Shown here one piece after another: positions 39,001 through 52,463 of a stretch of 64,000 nucleotides of DNA; the first letter of the stretch is position 1, and each line of letters opens with the position of its first letter. Location: the NCBI GenBank assembly GCA_000165425.1, contig CT868660.1, forward strand, positions 186,001-250,000, in the 5' to 3' direction. The stretch is from Paramecium tetraurelia (Eukaryota). The notes beneath the pieces are model-generated. The model searched no databases. It was not told the origin of the DNA and saw only the letters and a list, made by a program, of their open reading frames with translations. Made by a program: the position numbers and the translations under genes.

Positions 39001-40520
39001 ATGTCATAATAACTATTTAAGGTGTATTTGCAATCCATTTCACACACTTTTAAAGACTTACCTAAAGGAAACTTTTATTGGAGATTTCATAAACGAGATA
39101 TCAACAGGATTATTACTACTCCTTGCCCAGTAGATTCACCAACCAAAGAAACAGATATATAATTGTTTAAGGAATTAAGAGCATAAATTGGAGTCAGAGA
39201 AGACTTTGTTTGTCCTCAATGTCCACATCATGCAAAATGTTAGAAGGCATTTTAATAAACAGATGGAGGTAATATGTAAACATTGTAATTACCACATCTT
39301 TCCAAGTTTTTAGAAACCATTAGTACTCATGAAATGAACCTGTAAAATTATTTTATTTATTTATTAGACAAAATGATTAAAAAAGCTTTTGGTTGTCGAG
39401 TACAAGAGTCTTAGACACATTTCATTCCATTCTAATAGATTTTTAACTTAATCAAAATAAACTCAATGAATAATTTTTGAGTGATATTGCTTAAGTTTCT
39501 GAAAATGAATCTATTCATTAGTAAGAACCCAACAAAAAAACAGATAAATATACAAAAAAGGCTGATTTTTTAGATGATTAAAATACTCAACCAAAAAAAG
39601 AAGGTAGAAGATAAGAAAATGAAGATTATGAAAATAATAATAAAAATTATGGTAGAAGATCATATGAAAATTCAGAAAATAAATACGATAAATTTAATAA
39701 ATATGAAAGAGGTGGTGATAAATATAATTCTAAATTTGATAGATCAGAACAATACAATAGAAAGGATAGATTTGATAAATATGATAATTCATAAAAGTAT
39801 GATCGTTAGTTTGATTCAGATAAATACAATGATTCAGGTAAATATGATAAATATGCAAATAAATATGACAGATATGATAACAAAGAGAGATATAATAGAA
39901 AAGAGAGACCTTAAAGATATGATAGAGAAGCAAATGGAGATTAATAATATAGAGAAAATAAAAGTTTTGATAAATATGAAGATAGAAGTCAAAGATATGA
40001 AAGAAGAGATAAATTTGATAAATATGATAAATATGATAAGTATGATAAAGGTGATAAATATGATAAGTATGATAAAGGTGATAAATATGAGAAAAGTGAT
40101 AAATTTGATAAATATGAGAAAAGTGATAAAGCATTCAAAGGAGATAGATTTGATAGAAGAAATACTGATTTTAGTGAAGAAAACAATGAAGCACCAAGAA
40201 ATTATAAAGGTAGAAAGGATGATTTTTCAAAAAATTTTGAGAAAAATGATAAATAGCATTATGAAAATGATCGATTTTTAAAATAAAATAAATATGCAAA
40301 AGTTAAAGATGAGGACGATTTCAATACATTTGTTAAATAAAGAGAACAATATTTGAAAGAAAAGTCGGATAATTTTGAAGGAGAAAGAAAATCAAATTAG
40401 AAATAACAAGATACAAAGAGGGTCTAATAAGAGGATTAATCAACTTCAAATGAAAACTATGAGGAGGAATAACCATAAGGCAGAAAAGTTAAAAGGAGTA
40501 CGAAATTTAAAATGTAGTGA
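39001..40520 (+). CDS. Protein with an N-terminal plant OZ/VAR3-like Cys domain and a D/K/Y/R-rich repeat tail
   Basis: KRDINRIITTPCP..KELRAQIGVREDFVCPQCPHHAKCQKAF; one intron; DKY repeats. Confidence 0.75.
40008..40130 (+). repeat. Coding 9-bp tandem repeat (GATAAATAT-type) with 27-bp higher-order unit, encoding (DKY/DKG/EKS)n
   Basis: gataaatttgataaatatgataaatatgataagtatgataaaggt.. is directly visible. Confidence 0.85.
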
Positions 40521-40767
40521 TTTGAAATATTGTATATTATTAAGAATAAATGTATCAAATATTTAAAATATGTAAAATAGATATATGCTAGGTAACATAA
40601 CAGATATAGACTGATTAAAATCATTTATAAATTTATATGGAATCTAAATTTTATATAATTGTTGTATCTGTTTTGTTTTCTAAACGTAAATATCTATTCT
40701 TTAAGATTATTCTATCAGAAATTTGAGGAGTATACAAAAAAAAAGTAGAATAAAACAATAATATTTA

Positions 40768-42452
40768 TGAAATAATAATTTTTACGAATAAACCTCTAAG
40801 ACTCACTACAAGAAGTATCTTGTGTAACACTAGAAAATATGGTAGATATGCTCAGGGATCCAGATTTTAGATAGGAGTGTGAATTATGCAAATAAGATAA
40901 TAAATTAATATAGAAGTTCCCTTTGGTTGGTTTTGGTATAACCATTAAGAGAATTAAAAAAGGCTCATCAACTAAAATAAAGGTAACTTAGTTTTCCAAA
41001 ATAGAAAAAATAATTGATACCACATTTTTTTATTAAAACTATTTCTTAACAAAAAAAGATTATCCAAACTGTGTCTTACCATTATTGTCATCCAAAGAAG
41101 GGAATGATCAATTATTAAATTGTGAGCTCTTTAAAAGAAAGATTTCTTACTTAGTACATCAGCAATTTGATTGTTACTAAGAAGACACATATTTGGAATT
41201 AATTTAAGCTAGCATTTACCACATAATTAAGAAAAATGGTAACTAAACTTGGGGGAAGAAAATTTTAATGCTTTCATTTGAAACTTGTAAATAAGTCTTT
41301 ATTAATACCCCTTTATTTTACAATTCACTTCAAAGTTTGGAATAGAAGAAATCTAAGTTTTAGTTACTTAATTTAATATGTTTATTTTATATGGGTTAGA
41401 CTAAAACTGAACAAATTTTTGATTATTATATTCGACCAAATTTTTCAAAAAATTATTAAAAACCAAATGAAGAATTTATTTAACCTTTCTTTAATACATT
41501 AAAATTTGAAAATTTCGATTTAATTTATTAGAATATTTAGCAGTTTATTAATAATTATTTAGTAGAAAATAATTATTTCATTTTAAATTTTAATTTCAAC
41601 TAATTTTTATTAAGACTTATAGAATTTATGATTCCAAAAGATGAGTAATGGGTAAATATCTAAAGACTTGAATGCATTAAAAATCAGGAGTCAGATATCA
41701 GGGAATATAAATATTATACCATCTCAAGTATCTATCAAAATTTATTAACCAACCTATTTGAAGATTATAACGAGGAAAAGAAATGTAAGTATTTTGAGTC
41801 CTTCTCTAAACACTTTGAGGAGGATGAATATTCATACTAACTTTTTCTCATCTATCATGATATATATCATGAAATCTATGAAATATATGGTTTATACAAA
41901 AAATCTTAAAATTAATTTTAAATAGATAGCATTTTTGTGGAAAGGTATTAGGCTATAACTATTCGTTTCATTGTTAAAAAAATATCCATAGACTCAATTA
42001 AAAGAAAAAATCCTACAAGTATTTTGGACTTATCATCTTATGAGGAATTTAATAAAACTCTTACCTATTTAGATGTATTTAAGAAAATATATAACCTATA
42101 AGAGTCATAAGCAGAAGAACTCCATAGCTCAATAATTGAAGAAATTAAAAATTTGACTTGGTTGAATTTGTTATCTTCCCTAACAAATTTTAAAGAATAA
42201 GATCAGATCATATTATTCTTGTAAAAATTTCTGTCTCATTTAAAAACTTGGGCATCAATCCAAAATTAAGAGGAATGCGCAGGAAATTTAAATGATATTA
42301 GCAGATTTAGTTTTTTATTAATCCAAAGGACAAGAATGTTAAGGATTGTTTGGCTTATTAACTAATAAGGATTATAAGACCTTTTGAGATAAACAAATAA
42401 ATAAAATGAGTTCTTTTGTAGAAGAATATTTGAATTGAGTAAAACTCTTTGA
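40768..42452 (+). CDS. Hypothetical protein (start may lie further upstream)
   Basis: Long ORF under the ciliate code (FPLVGFGITIKR..PNCVLPLL..). Confidence 0.6.
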
Positions 42453-42854
42453 ATAATGATTTGTTAATAATTTTCATCTCCATAATATTTTTCTTATCAC
42501 TCAAAAGGATACATACATTAGTTTTATTCAAATTAACATTTGATTGATATAAAAATTTCCAATTGTTTTAAGAGTTATTCTAGTTCCTTCATATGAATTC
42601 TGATTTTAAGTTCTTTTTTTTGTTTTTGGATGGAGTCTCTTTGCCATCAACCTATTTAATTACTAATATAAACATTGCATCAGATGTTTAGCTGATAAAG
42701 TAAACTATTTAAAAAAAATTATAGAATATAATATTTCAGACATATACCTAAAAAAAGTGTGTTTAATATCTGCACTATACTTTGAAGAATCATAAAACCT
42801 ATAAAATAATTGTAAAAGAATCAACAAGAAAAAATAAAAAAAACCATTATAAAA

Positions 42855-43806
42855 TCATTTGATATCCAATTTCAATTTAAAATCCTAAAATATTTATTCA
42901 GCCTATTGATCTTATTCATTAATATGCGATAATATCTAATAAATTTAATAAATAAACTACTCCTTTTGATGCTTTTTTGAGTTATTCGAGCTTTTTCGTA
43001 TTGGACATCAAAATTTAAATTTAATTTTATCTCTTTATAATCTCTAGTTAAAATTCTGGATCATTTTATTGAGTTTCCTCAAATTCTTTTTATCTTTTTT
43101 ATTATAACCTTACAAGTTGTTTAACATTAAAAAGCATGTCAAAACTTCTAATTGGTTACTTGGTTGTGTAGGCTTGAAAATTTGGTTATTTGTTGATTAA
43201 TTTTCGAGCTTTTGAATTAGTGATTGTAGTTGTATCTATTTTATGTTGATTAATTTTATCTTAGATTATTTGAGATTCACATTTTTCAATGGAATGCATT
43301 TATGGAAGTGTGAAATTACTCATTATATGTTTTTACACTTGTCTAATTGACTTCCTATTTTCAGGAAAATTATTAATTTTTATCTTAAAGTCTTTATGAG
43401 TTTGGTCTTAACTAAGTTTTCTTTTTTTGAGTTCATCATCTAAATGTTTTTTATTACAAAAATCAATGAATTGAATAATTTTTGGAACTGTTATGATTGT
43501 GTGAATTTAGGTTTTAACAATTTCAGAAATGTCACTTTGTTCTGATTTGAATTTGGGATAACAAGCATTCCTAAGATTGATAGGCTCACTTTTATCACAA
43601 ATTTAATAATCTATGGTTGATATTTGTTTCTTCTAATTAACTATTGAAAATACTGCATCTTAGACTGCCGTGGCACAACTTTTGTTCCTTAAACTAGACA
43701 ACTTTTGATTTCTGAATGAAGATGCTGTTGTCATAAAACTAGGAACTTATACATTTGAGGGTCTTTAAGCATTATAGAGTAGGAAATCCTTTTCCGGAGA
43801 GAACAT
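42855..43806 (-). CDS. Hypothetical low-complexity protein
   Basis: MFSPEKDFLLYNAQRP.. ORF with one inferred intron near the 3' end. Confidence 0.55.
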
Positions 43807-43885
43807 GTATATATAAACTTATTATTTTTATTTTAAGAAATGAATATTTTGATCATAGAGAATTTTTCACTAACTAAATAATAAT

Positions 43886-44292
43886 TCAAAGAATTTGATA
43901 CGGACCTATTCCTACTTCTGCTTTACAGTGTGGACATTAATGAATTGCATCTTGGCATTCATCTACACAGCATGGAATCCAAAAGCAAAATATTCTATAT
44001 TAATCAAAATTGCCTTTACGTCGTTAGCAAAAAGAGCAAATAACCAACCATTATTGTGGCTGCTCCAACCTCACGAATAATAACAGTCGTTCCTTGTTGT
44101 TTGCATTAAGGGCAAACTACTGTTATTGGTACTCTTTTCATGTTAGCATGATAATTGACGCTAATTAATGATCTAGAGAATAATAAGGAATAGAAATTAC
44201 TATGATTATCTATCATCTGAATCTATAGTGATTTGGGCCTCATCAATGACAGGAGCAATTATTGTCGATGAATTATCTTAATCAGTTTACAT
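43886..44292 (-). CDS. LITAF-domain zinc-ribbon membrane-associated protein
   Basis: PITVVCPQCKQQGTT..hydrophobic hairpin..CFWIPCCVDECQDAIHQCPHCKAEVG; two introns. Confidence 0.9.
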
Positions 44293-44312
44293 AATTATTA
44301 AAAATTTAATTA

Positions 44313-47300
44313 ATGAAAAAAAAAGTGATTGATGCACTGAAAGATGATAAATACATGTTTAACCCAGCTCCTACATATAAAAATGAAAAGGGTACAGAAG
44401 ACAAGCTAAAGAAGAAGAAACTAAGAGAAAAAAAACAACTCTAAAGAAGAGCTTAATTAGCTGAGTATATATCTAGTGATGATGATGGACCTTAAAAGAA
44501 GTAGCCAATCCTAGATCAAGATGATTATGGTGCATTAGGAGATTTAGATTAAGATATATTGGGTTATTTTTAAATGAAAAGCTAAAAAATACTTAATATG
44601 ACATAAAAAATACCTGATTAAGTATGATTGATTTTGCTTATATATTAGATTTTTGATGTAGGATCTTTGCATCTAGGGTGTATTTCATCCATTGGTCCCA
44701 ACGGAGCTTATTTGATAATCAATTTTACAAGAAATAAGAAAGGATTTGTGGATTAGCATAATCTCAGAGATAGAAAGGGTGTGAACGGAGGGGATTACAA
44801 GGTAGGAGAATATGTAATCACTAAAGTGATAGAAGAACAGAAGAGCAACAAAGTTTAATTGAGTTTGCATCCAAATGTCATAAACGATCAATTAAGTGTA
44901 AATTAATTAGTGGTTGGTATGTAAATACCTGGTATAGCCTAAACTTGGAATGAGTTTGGAACCACAATTAATTTCGGATCTTAATAATTTAGTGGGTTTA
45001 TTAATGAGAAGAAACTCAAGTGTGGAAGGGTTTATCTCTTTAACATTAAAGAAGTAGATTAAAAAGAGAAAATTGCAATTTGTGATTTTGAATAGAGGGA
45101 TGTTTAACTATAAAATAAAAAACAGATCTCGAAGCATCTGCTCACTCCTGGAAATATTTGGAAATGCAATACTGCTAAATCCATTACAGGCGGATAAATT
45201 GTTAAGCTCAATAAATTTGGTGTCTTAGGATATATATTTTAAGATTATTAGGTTGAATAAGAAAAAAATATATTATGTAGAATAATTGGATTTGATGAGC
45301 CATCAAGATAAATCTACTTATCAAGCAAATAAGAGCACATTGATAATACTACCTACATTCCTCCTTATGAAGTAGGTTAATAATATTAAGGTGTTGTGAT
45401 TAATCAATAATTATATTCTGGGGCTTACCTTGTGAATGCCATCTTAAATGACGATTAAGCACAAACTAAAAAAAGCAAGAAAGCTGTAAAGGCTAAATAA
45501 CCTAATTTGGGACCGATTTGCATGTTAAACAAAACTTAGATTCCTGCTGATTAGGAAATTGTTGATCACATTTAGAGAACTTGCATTATCAAAGAGATAA
45601 ATTATTTTGATCATGTTGGCTTTGTATCATTTGAAGTAAATTCAAAACCTAAATTAAGTGATTTGAATGTTGGTGCTATTGTTAAAGGAGTCGTTAAGTA
45701 AGTTCTACTTAAAGAAGATTCATACAATGTTTTATTGAACATTAATGACAATTTTCATGCTATATTACCATCGCTCTAGATGTCAGATTATCCATTGGCC
45801 AATCCACCTAAATTTAGAGTAGGCAGCAAATTAAGAGTCAGAATTTTATAAATTGATGAATAACATAACAATATCATAGTAACTATGAAACCCACTTTAT
45901 TAACTGACATTAAAGTATTTAAAACATTAGATGATGTTAATGTGGGTGACACATTATATGGATTTACAATTAAAAAATTAGAAAATGGAATCCTAGTCAA
46001 ATTCTTTTAGAATATTGTTGGGTTTCTGTCTAATTTGAGTCTTGATGGATAAAACCCTGATGATATTAAAGATGGTCAAATCATTAAAGTATATGTTAAG
46101 TATGTAAATTAAAGTGAAAATAAATTGCTACTTTCATTAAAAAAAATAGATCCAAAATAAAAGCAAGTTAATGAGGGATAAACTCAAAATGTTGTATTAA
46201 CAAAGCATATTAAGACTAAATTAAATTTAGGTGAAAAGGTGCAATGTGTTGTGAGTGCAATAAAGAATAATGTAGTTTATGTGAATCTCAAGGATGGAAA
46301 ATTTGGTCGAATTCATAAAGCCTTTTTTGAGTGTTACAGAAATGAGGATAGGTTGTTCAAATTACAAAGTGAATTTGAAAATCTCAATGTAGGTTCTCAA
46401 TTAAATGCTTAAATCATAGGAGAAAACAAAGAAAATAACAAATAAATCTTTGATTTGACATGTTTATCCGATCATGTTGAATTAGAAAAAGATGTATAGA
46501 AAGATAACAACAAAATTGTTTATGGTATCATAAAGCATATTAAGAGTGACTCAAAATCACCCTTAGTTGTCCAAATCTATTACAATTATAATGTATTTAT
46601 TGATGGTTGGGATGTAAATGTTGAACAACCTGAAATTTTGAATAGTTTAGAATAGTATATCCAGTAAGGGCATCCAGTAAAAGTTAAATTATATGAATTT
46701 GATAAATAGTTGAAAGGTATTATCATTACAGATGAGGAACAACTACAGTAATAATAATAAAATATTAATGAAATTCTATATACAAAACAAATCTATAGAA
46801 TTCTAAGTCATCATGATTCATATATAAGAGTGCAATTAAAAAATAGATAGTTTGCGTCCATTGATATAACGGAATTGTAAGAATTATGGGAATTGAATTT
46901 GTTTGAATAGTTCCCAGTAGGAAGATGGGGAGTGTGTAGAGTAATAGCAAAAGATAAGGCTTATTGGGCTAGTGCCAGAGAAACATTTCTAAATGATAAA
47001 TTATGGAATAAATGTTTGCATCCTGTTAAAAGTAACACCATTTCTTATCAAAAAATGATACTCTCTCTGAAATACGATGTCAGAACTTAGTTATACAAAA
47101 AGACTCCTTTGTCTGTAGGCTAAGTGGCTATGGGGTATGTTACAGGAAGTACATATAATGGCACTTTTGTTAAGTTAAATTATGAAACAACTTGTTTAAT
47201 TAGAGGGTTCAAGACTGATATTAAGTATAGACCTATAGTTTTAATGATTACTCAATTAAGCAAATTATAAGGAACCGTAGATTTGAACTTGCTTAAATAT

Positions 47301-48799
47301 AAATTAGATGATAAATAAATTAGAATTGGAGATGTAGTATAGGGTTTGATTGTAAACATTAGAAATGAGAAGGCAGCAGTGAAGATTTTGGGTACTCTTT
47401 AATAGGGAGAATTAGATAAGAAAGATGCTGAAGGATTGGAAGGTGAAGATGGTTGGTGGGCAAATAAATTATTTAAGATCGGATAATAAATAGAATGTCT
47501 GGTGATTGGACAAAGATAGAATAAAAATAATTAGACAGTTCTTAGATTAAGCAATATTCAAGAGTTGATTAATACTGAAGGAAAGAGAAAAATTGAGTTA
47601 GGGGACATTCAATAGGATGTTATAGATTTGCATTAGAGTTTTGAAGAAATGGTCAAGGAACACTAAATTAAAAACAATGTAATAGTAGAATAACAGAATT
47701 AAAATAGAGAAATAGAGGAGGAAATCGAATAAGAAGTTAATGAAGGAGAAGCTAATGGAGAGTTAGAAGAGTAGGAGGATGAAGAAGAGTAAGAAGATCA
47801 TAAGGACTAAGAGATTGAAGAAGAAAATGATTAAGAAGAAATTAGAGAGGAAGTTTAAAATTTAGAATCAAGAGCTGAATATGAGAAGTAATAATAATGT
47901 ATTTATTTATTTAGGAAAATATTAACAAATCCTAATTCCTCTGTTATTTGGATTGAATTTGTGGCTTATGCAGCTGAAAATGAAGGAATTGAGAGTGCTA
48001 GAAATGTCATTGAAAGAGCCTTAAGAGTTATCAATTTCAGCAATGAATTAGAACGATTAAATTTATGGACAGCATACTTAAATTTGGAATTCAATTTTGG
48101 ATCAGAAGATAATTTAATTAATATCTTTAAGAGAGGCTGTTAAAATTGTGATGGAAAGAAACTACATATAAAGTTGATAAATATCTACAGAAAGGCTGAA
48201 AAAGTCGATCTAACAGTTGAATTATCAAGAGTATTTTTGCATATTTACCTTTTAGTCTTTTGTCCAAAAGTACAAATAAAGTTGCAAGAGTTGGATGGAA
48301 TTTCTGTAGAGTCTGATGGAATGGTAAAAAGTACACGATGATGAAAATCCTTAATATTCCTTTAAGGATACATTAAATAGAGCTATGTAGTGTTTGAAAA
48401 AATCAAAATAAGTAAAACTCTTATCCTTTTATGGTCGATTGCAATTTTAGAATAATTAAATTGAAGAAGGAAAAACTACATATGAAACTATTTTGGATAA
48501 AAATTCTACAAGGTATTAAATAGAGGAATATTTAGGACTGACATATGGTCATAATACTTGGATTTAGTGATTAAATATTGTTAACCTGATGTGGTTCGAT
48601 CAATATTTTAAAAAGCTATTCACAATAACAAGAAACCAAGAAAGATCAAATTTTTATTTAAGAAATAATTAGAATATGAAAAACTAATATGGAGATAGTG
48701 CAACCATTATAGGAAAGTAAAGGAGTAAGCAGAACACTGGGGTTTCATAATTTATGTAAAAGGATGTATAACAAGAAGAAGAAGAGGATTCAGATTTGA
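44313..48799 (+). CDS. RRP5: rRNA biogenesis protein Rrp5/PDCD11 (S1 repeats + HAT/TPR C-terminus)
   Basis: Multiple S1-like repeats, an acidic linker, and PNSSVIWIEF..ARNVIERALRVINF..ERLNLWTAYLNLE..RTDIWSQYLD. The last ~120 nt carry apparent 1-nt insertions. Confidence 0.9.
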
Positions 48800-49349
48800 T
48801 TTAGTAATGTATGTTTATAATTCATATTATATAAAATTTAATAACTTTTTTGAATTGAACACTTATGTGTTTATGTTCTTTTATTATAATTCAAGTTAAT
48901 GATTTTGTATAAAAGATGCTGGTCCTTTAGAATACTAAATGGCAACTGCTTTTTAAATCAAAATACTATAAAATATTCTTATAAATTTGATGAAAACTCT
49001 TTTAAGTAATATCTATAGTTTAATAACATAACCTAATTTAACGTCTATTATTAGGATTTTTTTCTAAAAATTAATTTGTATAAGTAGGACAAAATATTTG
49101 TTTCAATTTATATTACATTTATTTTTGACTCTTAAACAAATAAAATTAATTATTTTATACTTATTTGAGCATTGACTAAAATTTGTGTAATTCTTAAATG
49201 AAATATATTTAGATTTGATTTAATTACTTTTATCATTTAAACAAAGAATTACTTAAGAAGTTTTAATTATTTCTTTTACAGAAATGTGAACAAGAATTGA
49301 AAGATTTATTAATATATATAAATATATTCATTGAATGATTGATGGTATT

Positions 49350-51266
49350 TCAAAATATTTTGCAAACATCATTTTGGGATTAACCATTTTTCCATTTAAT
49401 TTTTTCTTCAACTGTTATAAATTCCTGTCCCTTCTTTTTCACAATTTTACCTACTCCATGTTTTTCATCTCTTTCAAATTGACCATCATAACTAAAATAT
49501 ATATATTGAATACTAAAGATCTGAAATCAAAAATTCTCTTCCATTTCCTTATTTCATTCCATTTTCAAAGTTTCCATTATATATTTCAATACCATTTTAT
49601 AAAATTATTCCTATTCCATCAAGTTGTCCATTTTTCCATATTCCATCTTTGATAATTCCATTTTCTATTAACTTTCCTTTTCCAGAATATTAAAAATTAT
49701 TATTAATCTAACCTTCATATTAATTTCTTGAGTCAGAATACCTCACTATTATACTAGAGTTTTATTCCAACTTATTATCTCTTATTTCAATATCTTCGAA
49801 TATAATCTAATCTCTTTAATTAACAACAACTGTAAATTTGTACTTTCCATTATTTTATTTTTTAAGTGACCATTAATTTATATTATCATCGTATGTTTCA
49901 ACTCCTAATTGTGTTCTTTTAAGTTAATAACTAAACTTATTCTGACTATCTGGGAAAAATTTTAATAAATTAAAATCAAAGAGAGTTTAATTTTAGTAAT
50001 TCTTAATCGAATCTCCTTCTTGTTTTTCTTAGCTTGAGACTTAAACTGTAATTGTTGCACTAGGTTCTTTAATTAAAACTTATCCATATATCTAAATTTA
50101 TGATAATTCAATACGTCTCCATTTTGATTCAAATTTGCCTTGACGTTGGTTGCATCACGATATTAATTTAGGATATTACTTTGCATAGGACTTATACCTT
50201 AAGTGAATCTAATTGGAATAAGGTTGAGCATAAAATTAGTTTCTATATCTTGCAAGCTTATTTTAATATCATAAAATCCAAGATGACAAATCTTGCTTAA
50301 GGTATTTCTGAATTCATCTAAAGAATTATTCAATTTCTTATTTGCTAAATCTACTAGTCCTAAATTAATAAAATCTTATTAAGCCAGCATTTATATTTCT
50401 GTTGTGTTGAGTTAAGCCTTTTAAATATTTTGATTAATTTGTTCATTATTCGTAATTACCCAATTTTGGTATTTTTTAAACCGAGCAAGCATTTAGTCCT
50501 TTTATTTCTATAATTCATTATCTATTTTTTAATATTGATCATTTAAATTTGTCTAAATTTATCTATTTCTCTTCAAAATTCTTTCTAATTCTTATTTCTA
50601 TGAATCCATCCTGTTTTCAATATCTAATTCAGTAATATATTGATATTTTATATGATAATTTTATTCAAATGACAGTAATAAATTATTCGTATCAAAATTT
50701 TTAAAAATAGTTTAAAGATCTGGAATTTAATATAATTATTAACCCAAAAGATGTTCTGAAAATATTAAATTCTCTATATTAAGAGCTATCTAAATTATCT
50801 TATTTTTTAACTCATTTAATTAATTTGACTTATTCTTAATAGATTCTTTTCTTAATTCGTTTATTTTTTATCTCTACTTCTCTATTGTTTTCTAAGCATC
50901 TTATTAATTTAAATTTGATAATTAAGGCACAAAATTATCTATCTATTATAATGAATTCCTAAATGATCCTTAGATATTTTCCAAATGGCTTTAAATCACT
51001 GCTTTAAATTCTCCGAATAATAATTCAATTTTTTGTTATAAATAATTATTCAGTTATCCTTTTTCCTACGTGCATTTCTGCTAAAATTATTATTATCGCT
51101 ATTAAAATTCTGAATCCCTTTATTACGTATTAGAATTATTATTCTATCTATAACATTACTTACACATAAATCTACATTATTAACTCAAATAATCATAGCA
51201 AACTACTTCTATCATATAATCATTATGTTGTTAGCAAAATACAAAAGGAAGTTCAACTTGTTCCAT
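49350..51266 (-). CDS. B-box-like Cys/His N-terminus + coiled coil + MORN repeats + CaaX (CKIF)
   Basis: FCQQH..VVC..FMCKQC; MORN-type YEGQ..GKGKL, DGIWKNGQLDGIG, YNGNFENGMKQGNG, YDGQFERDEKHGVG; ends DVCKIF*. Confidence 0.75.
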
Positions 51267-52463
51267 CTTATAATATTTTATTTATATATATTTAGAAATT
51301 AAAGATGTTTTATAAAAATATATCACAAATCTATCTGATTAATAATATCATTGTATTTCCTAAACTTAAAACAAATAGAAAAGTTCGATATTATAACTTA
51401 AATTTATTCATCTGCAGTTTAAAGTATGTTTTCATTTAGTTATTTAATAATATTGTTCAAGTAAATTTTAATTACAACCCTCTCAATTCTAGACATCATT
51501 ATTTTTGATACAACAAGAATGAACTCTGCTACTAATTTTTATATTAAATAAACTATTTCATTTCATAAATTCATCTAATATTTAAATTCAAAATCTTAGA
51601 CATATTAAATTCACATGTGTAAATAAAAATAACCTATTGGATCATTATTAATATAAATTACAACTATCATAAATAGTCCCTTGTGTATTTTTAATATTTC
51701 AGAAGATTCAGCATTAAATAGTATTAATTTTTCAAATACTTTAATATTAATAATTAAGAGATCAATTTTATAGTTATTATCGTTTGTTATAATTGGTTCC
51801 TATCAACTTTCTTCCACAATATTGAAAATGTTATACAAAGTTTTTTGATAATTACTTTATGGGTTTAAAAAACTACTTGACTCTTTCTTTCATGCTATGA
51901 TTGTGTTTTTTTTCTACTATCAAGAATTTTTGGAAAGACAATAAATCAGTACTTTTTTAAGATTCAAAAGATGAAACAATCCCATTAAGATATGATACTA
52001 ATTAAATGATAATAAACTGTTCTAAATAAACATTGACTGGCAAATGTTTTTCATAAAATATCCAAACAAGAATATAGGTAAATTATTGAATATCATCAAA
52101 TGAGTATCTAAACAAACAATTAAAAATCGAATTTTGAGTGAATTCCTATAAGTCAACTCTAAACATTCAAATGTATAAATTGAACAACAAAATTCATTTT
52201 GAAAAGGTCTGCCCAATAATCCTGACTAGTTAATTTCTTCCTAAATGATCTCTTAATTGATGTATATTGTAGAATAATTCTTTTGTTTAAATTGAATCAA
52301 ATTTCGTAAAATAACAGTCTCAGACCATGTTTCAAGCAAGATATAGTTGTTCCTGATGCTTTGTTATTAAGAATTGAATATTGCTTAGCGAATTTAGTAT
52401 CATCCATAAAATAATCATTTTTAAGTTCATTATAAATTTAACAGAATAATAGAACAATATTAG

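Noticed and set aside
40008..40130. Repeat array as a possible CRISPR or telomeric array
   Set aside because: 9-bp in-frame coding units with no unique spacers, and not C4A2/C3A3 telomeric repeats.
39574..40281. Longest ORF-track entry (235 aa, I/M/K/N-rich) and antisense ORFs 39730-40134 and 39989-40186
   Set aside because: Off-frame or antisense shadows of the DKY-repeat tail of the gene at 39001-40520.
43840..44130. Plus-strand open frame starting at 43840
   Set aside because: Antisense shadow of the LITAF gene on the minus strand.
34864..48799. Apparent clustering of translation/ribosome genes (GAR1, DENR, eL43, RRP5) as an operon-like system
   Set aside because: Mixed strands with unrelated genes interspersed; housekeeping genes are common enough for chance proximity.
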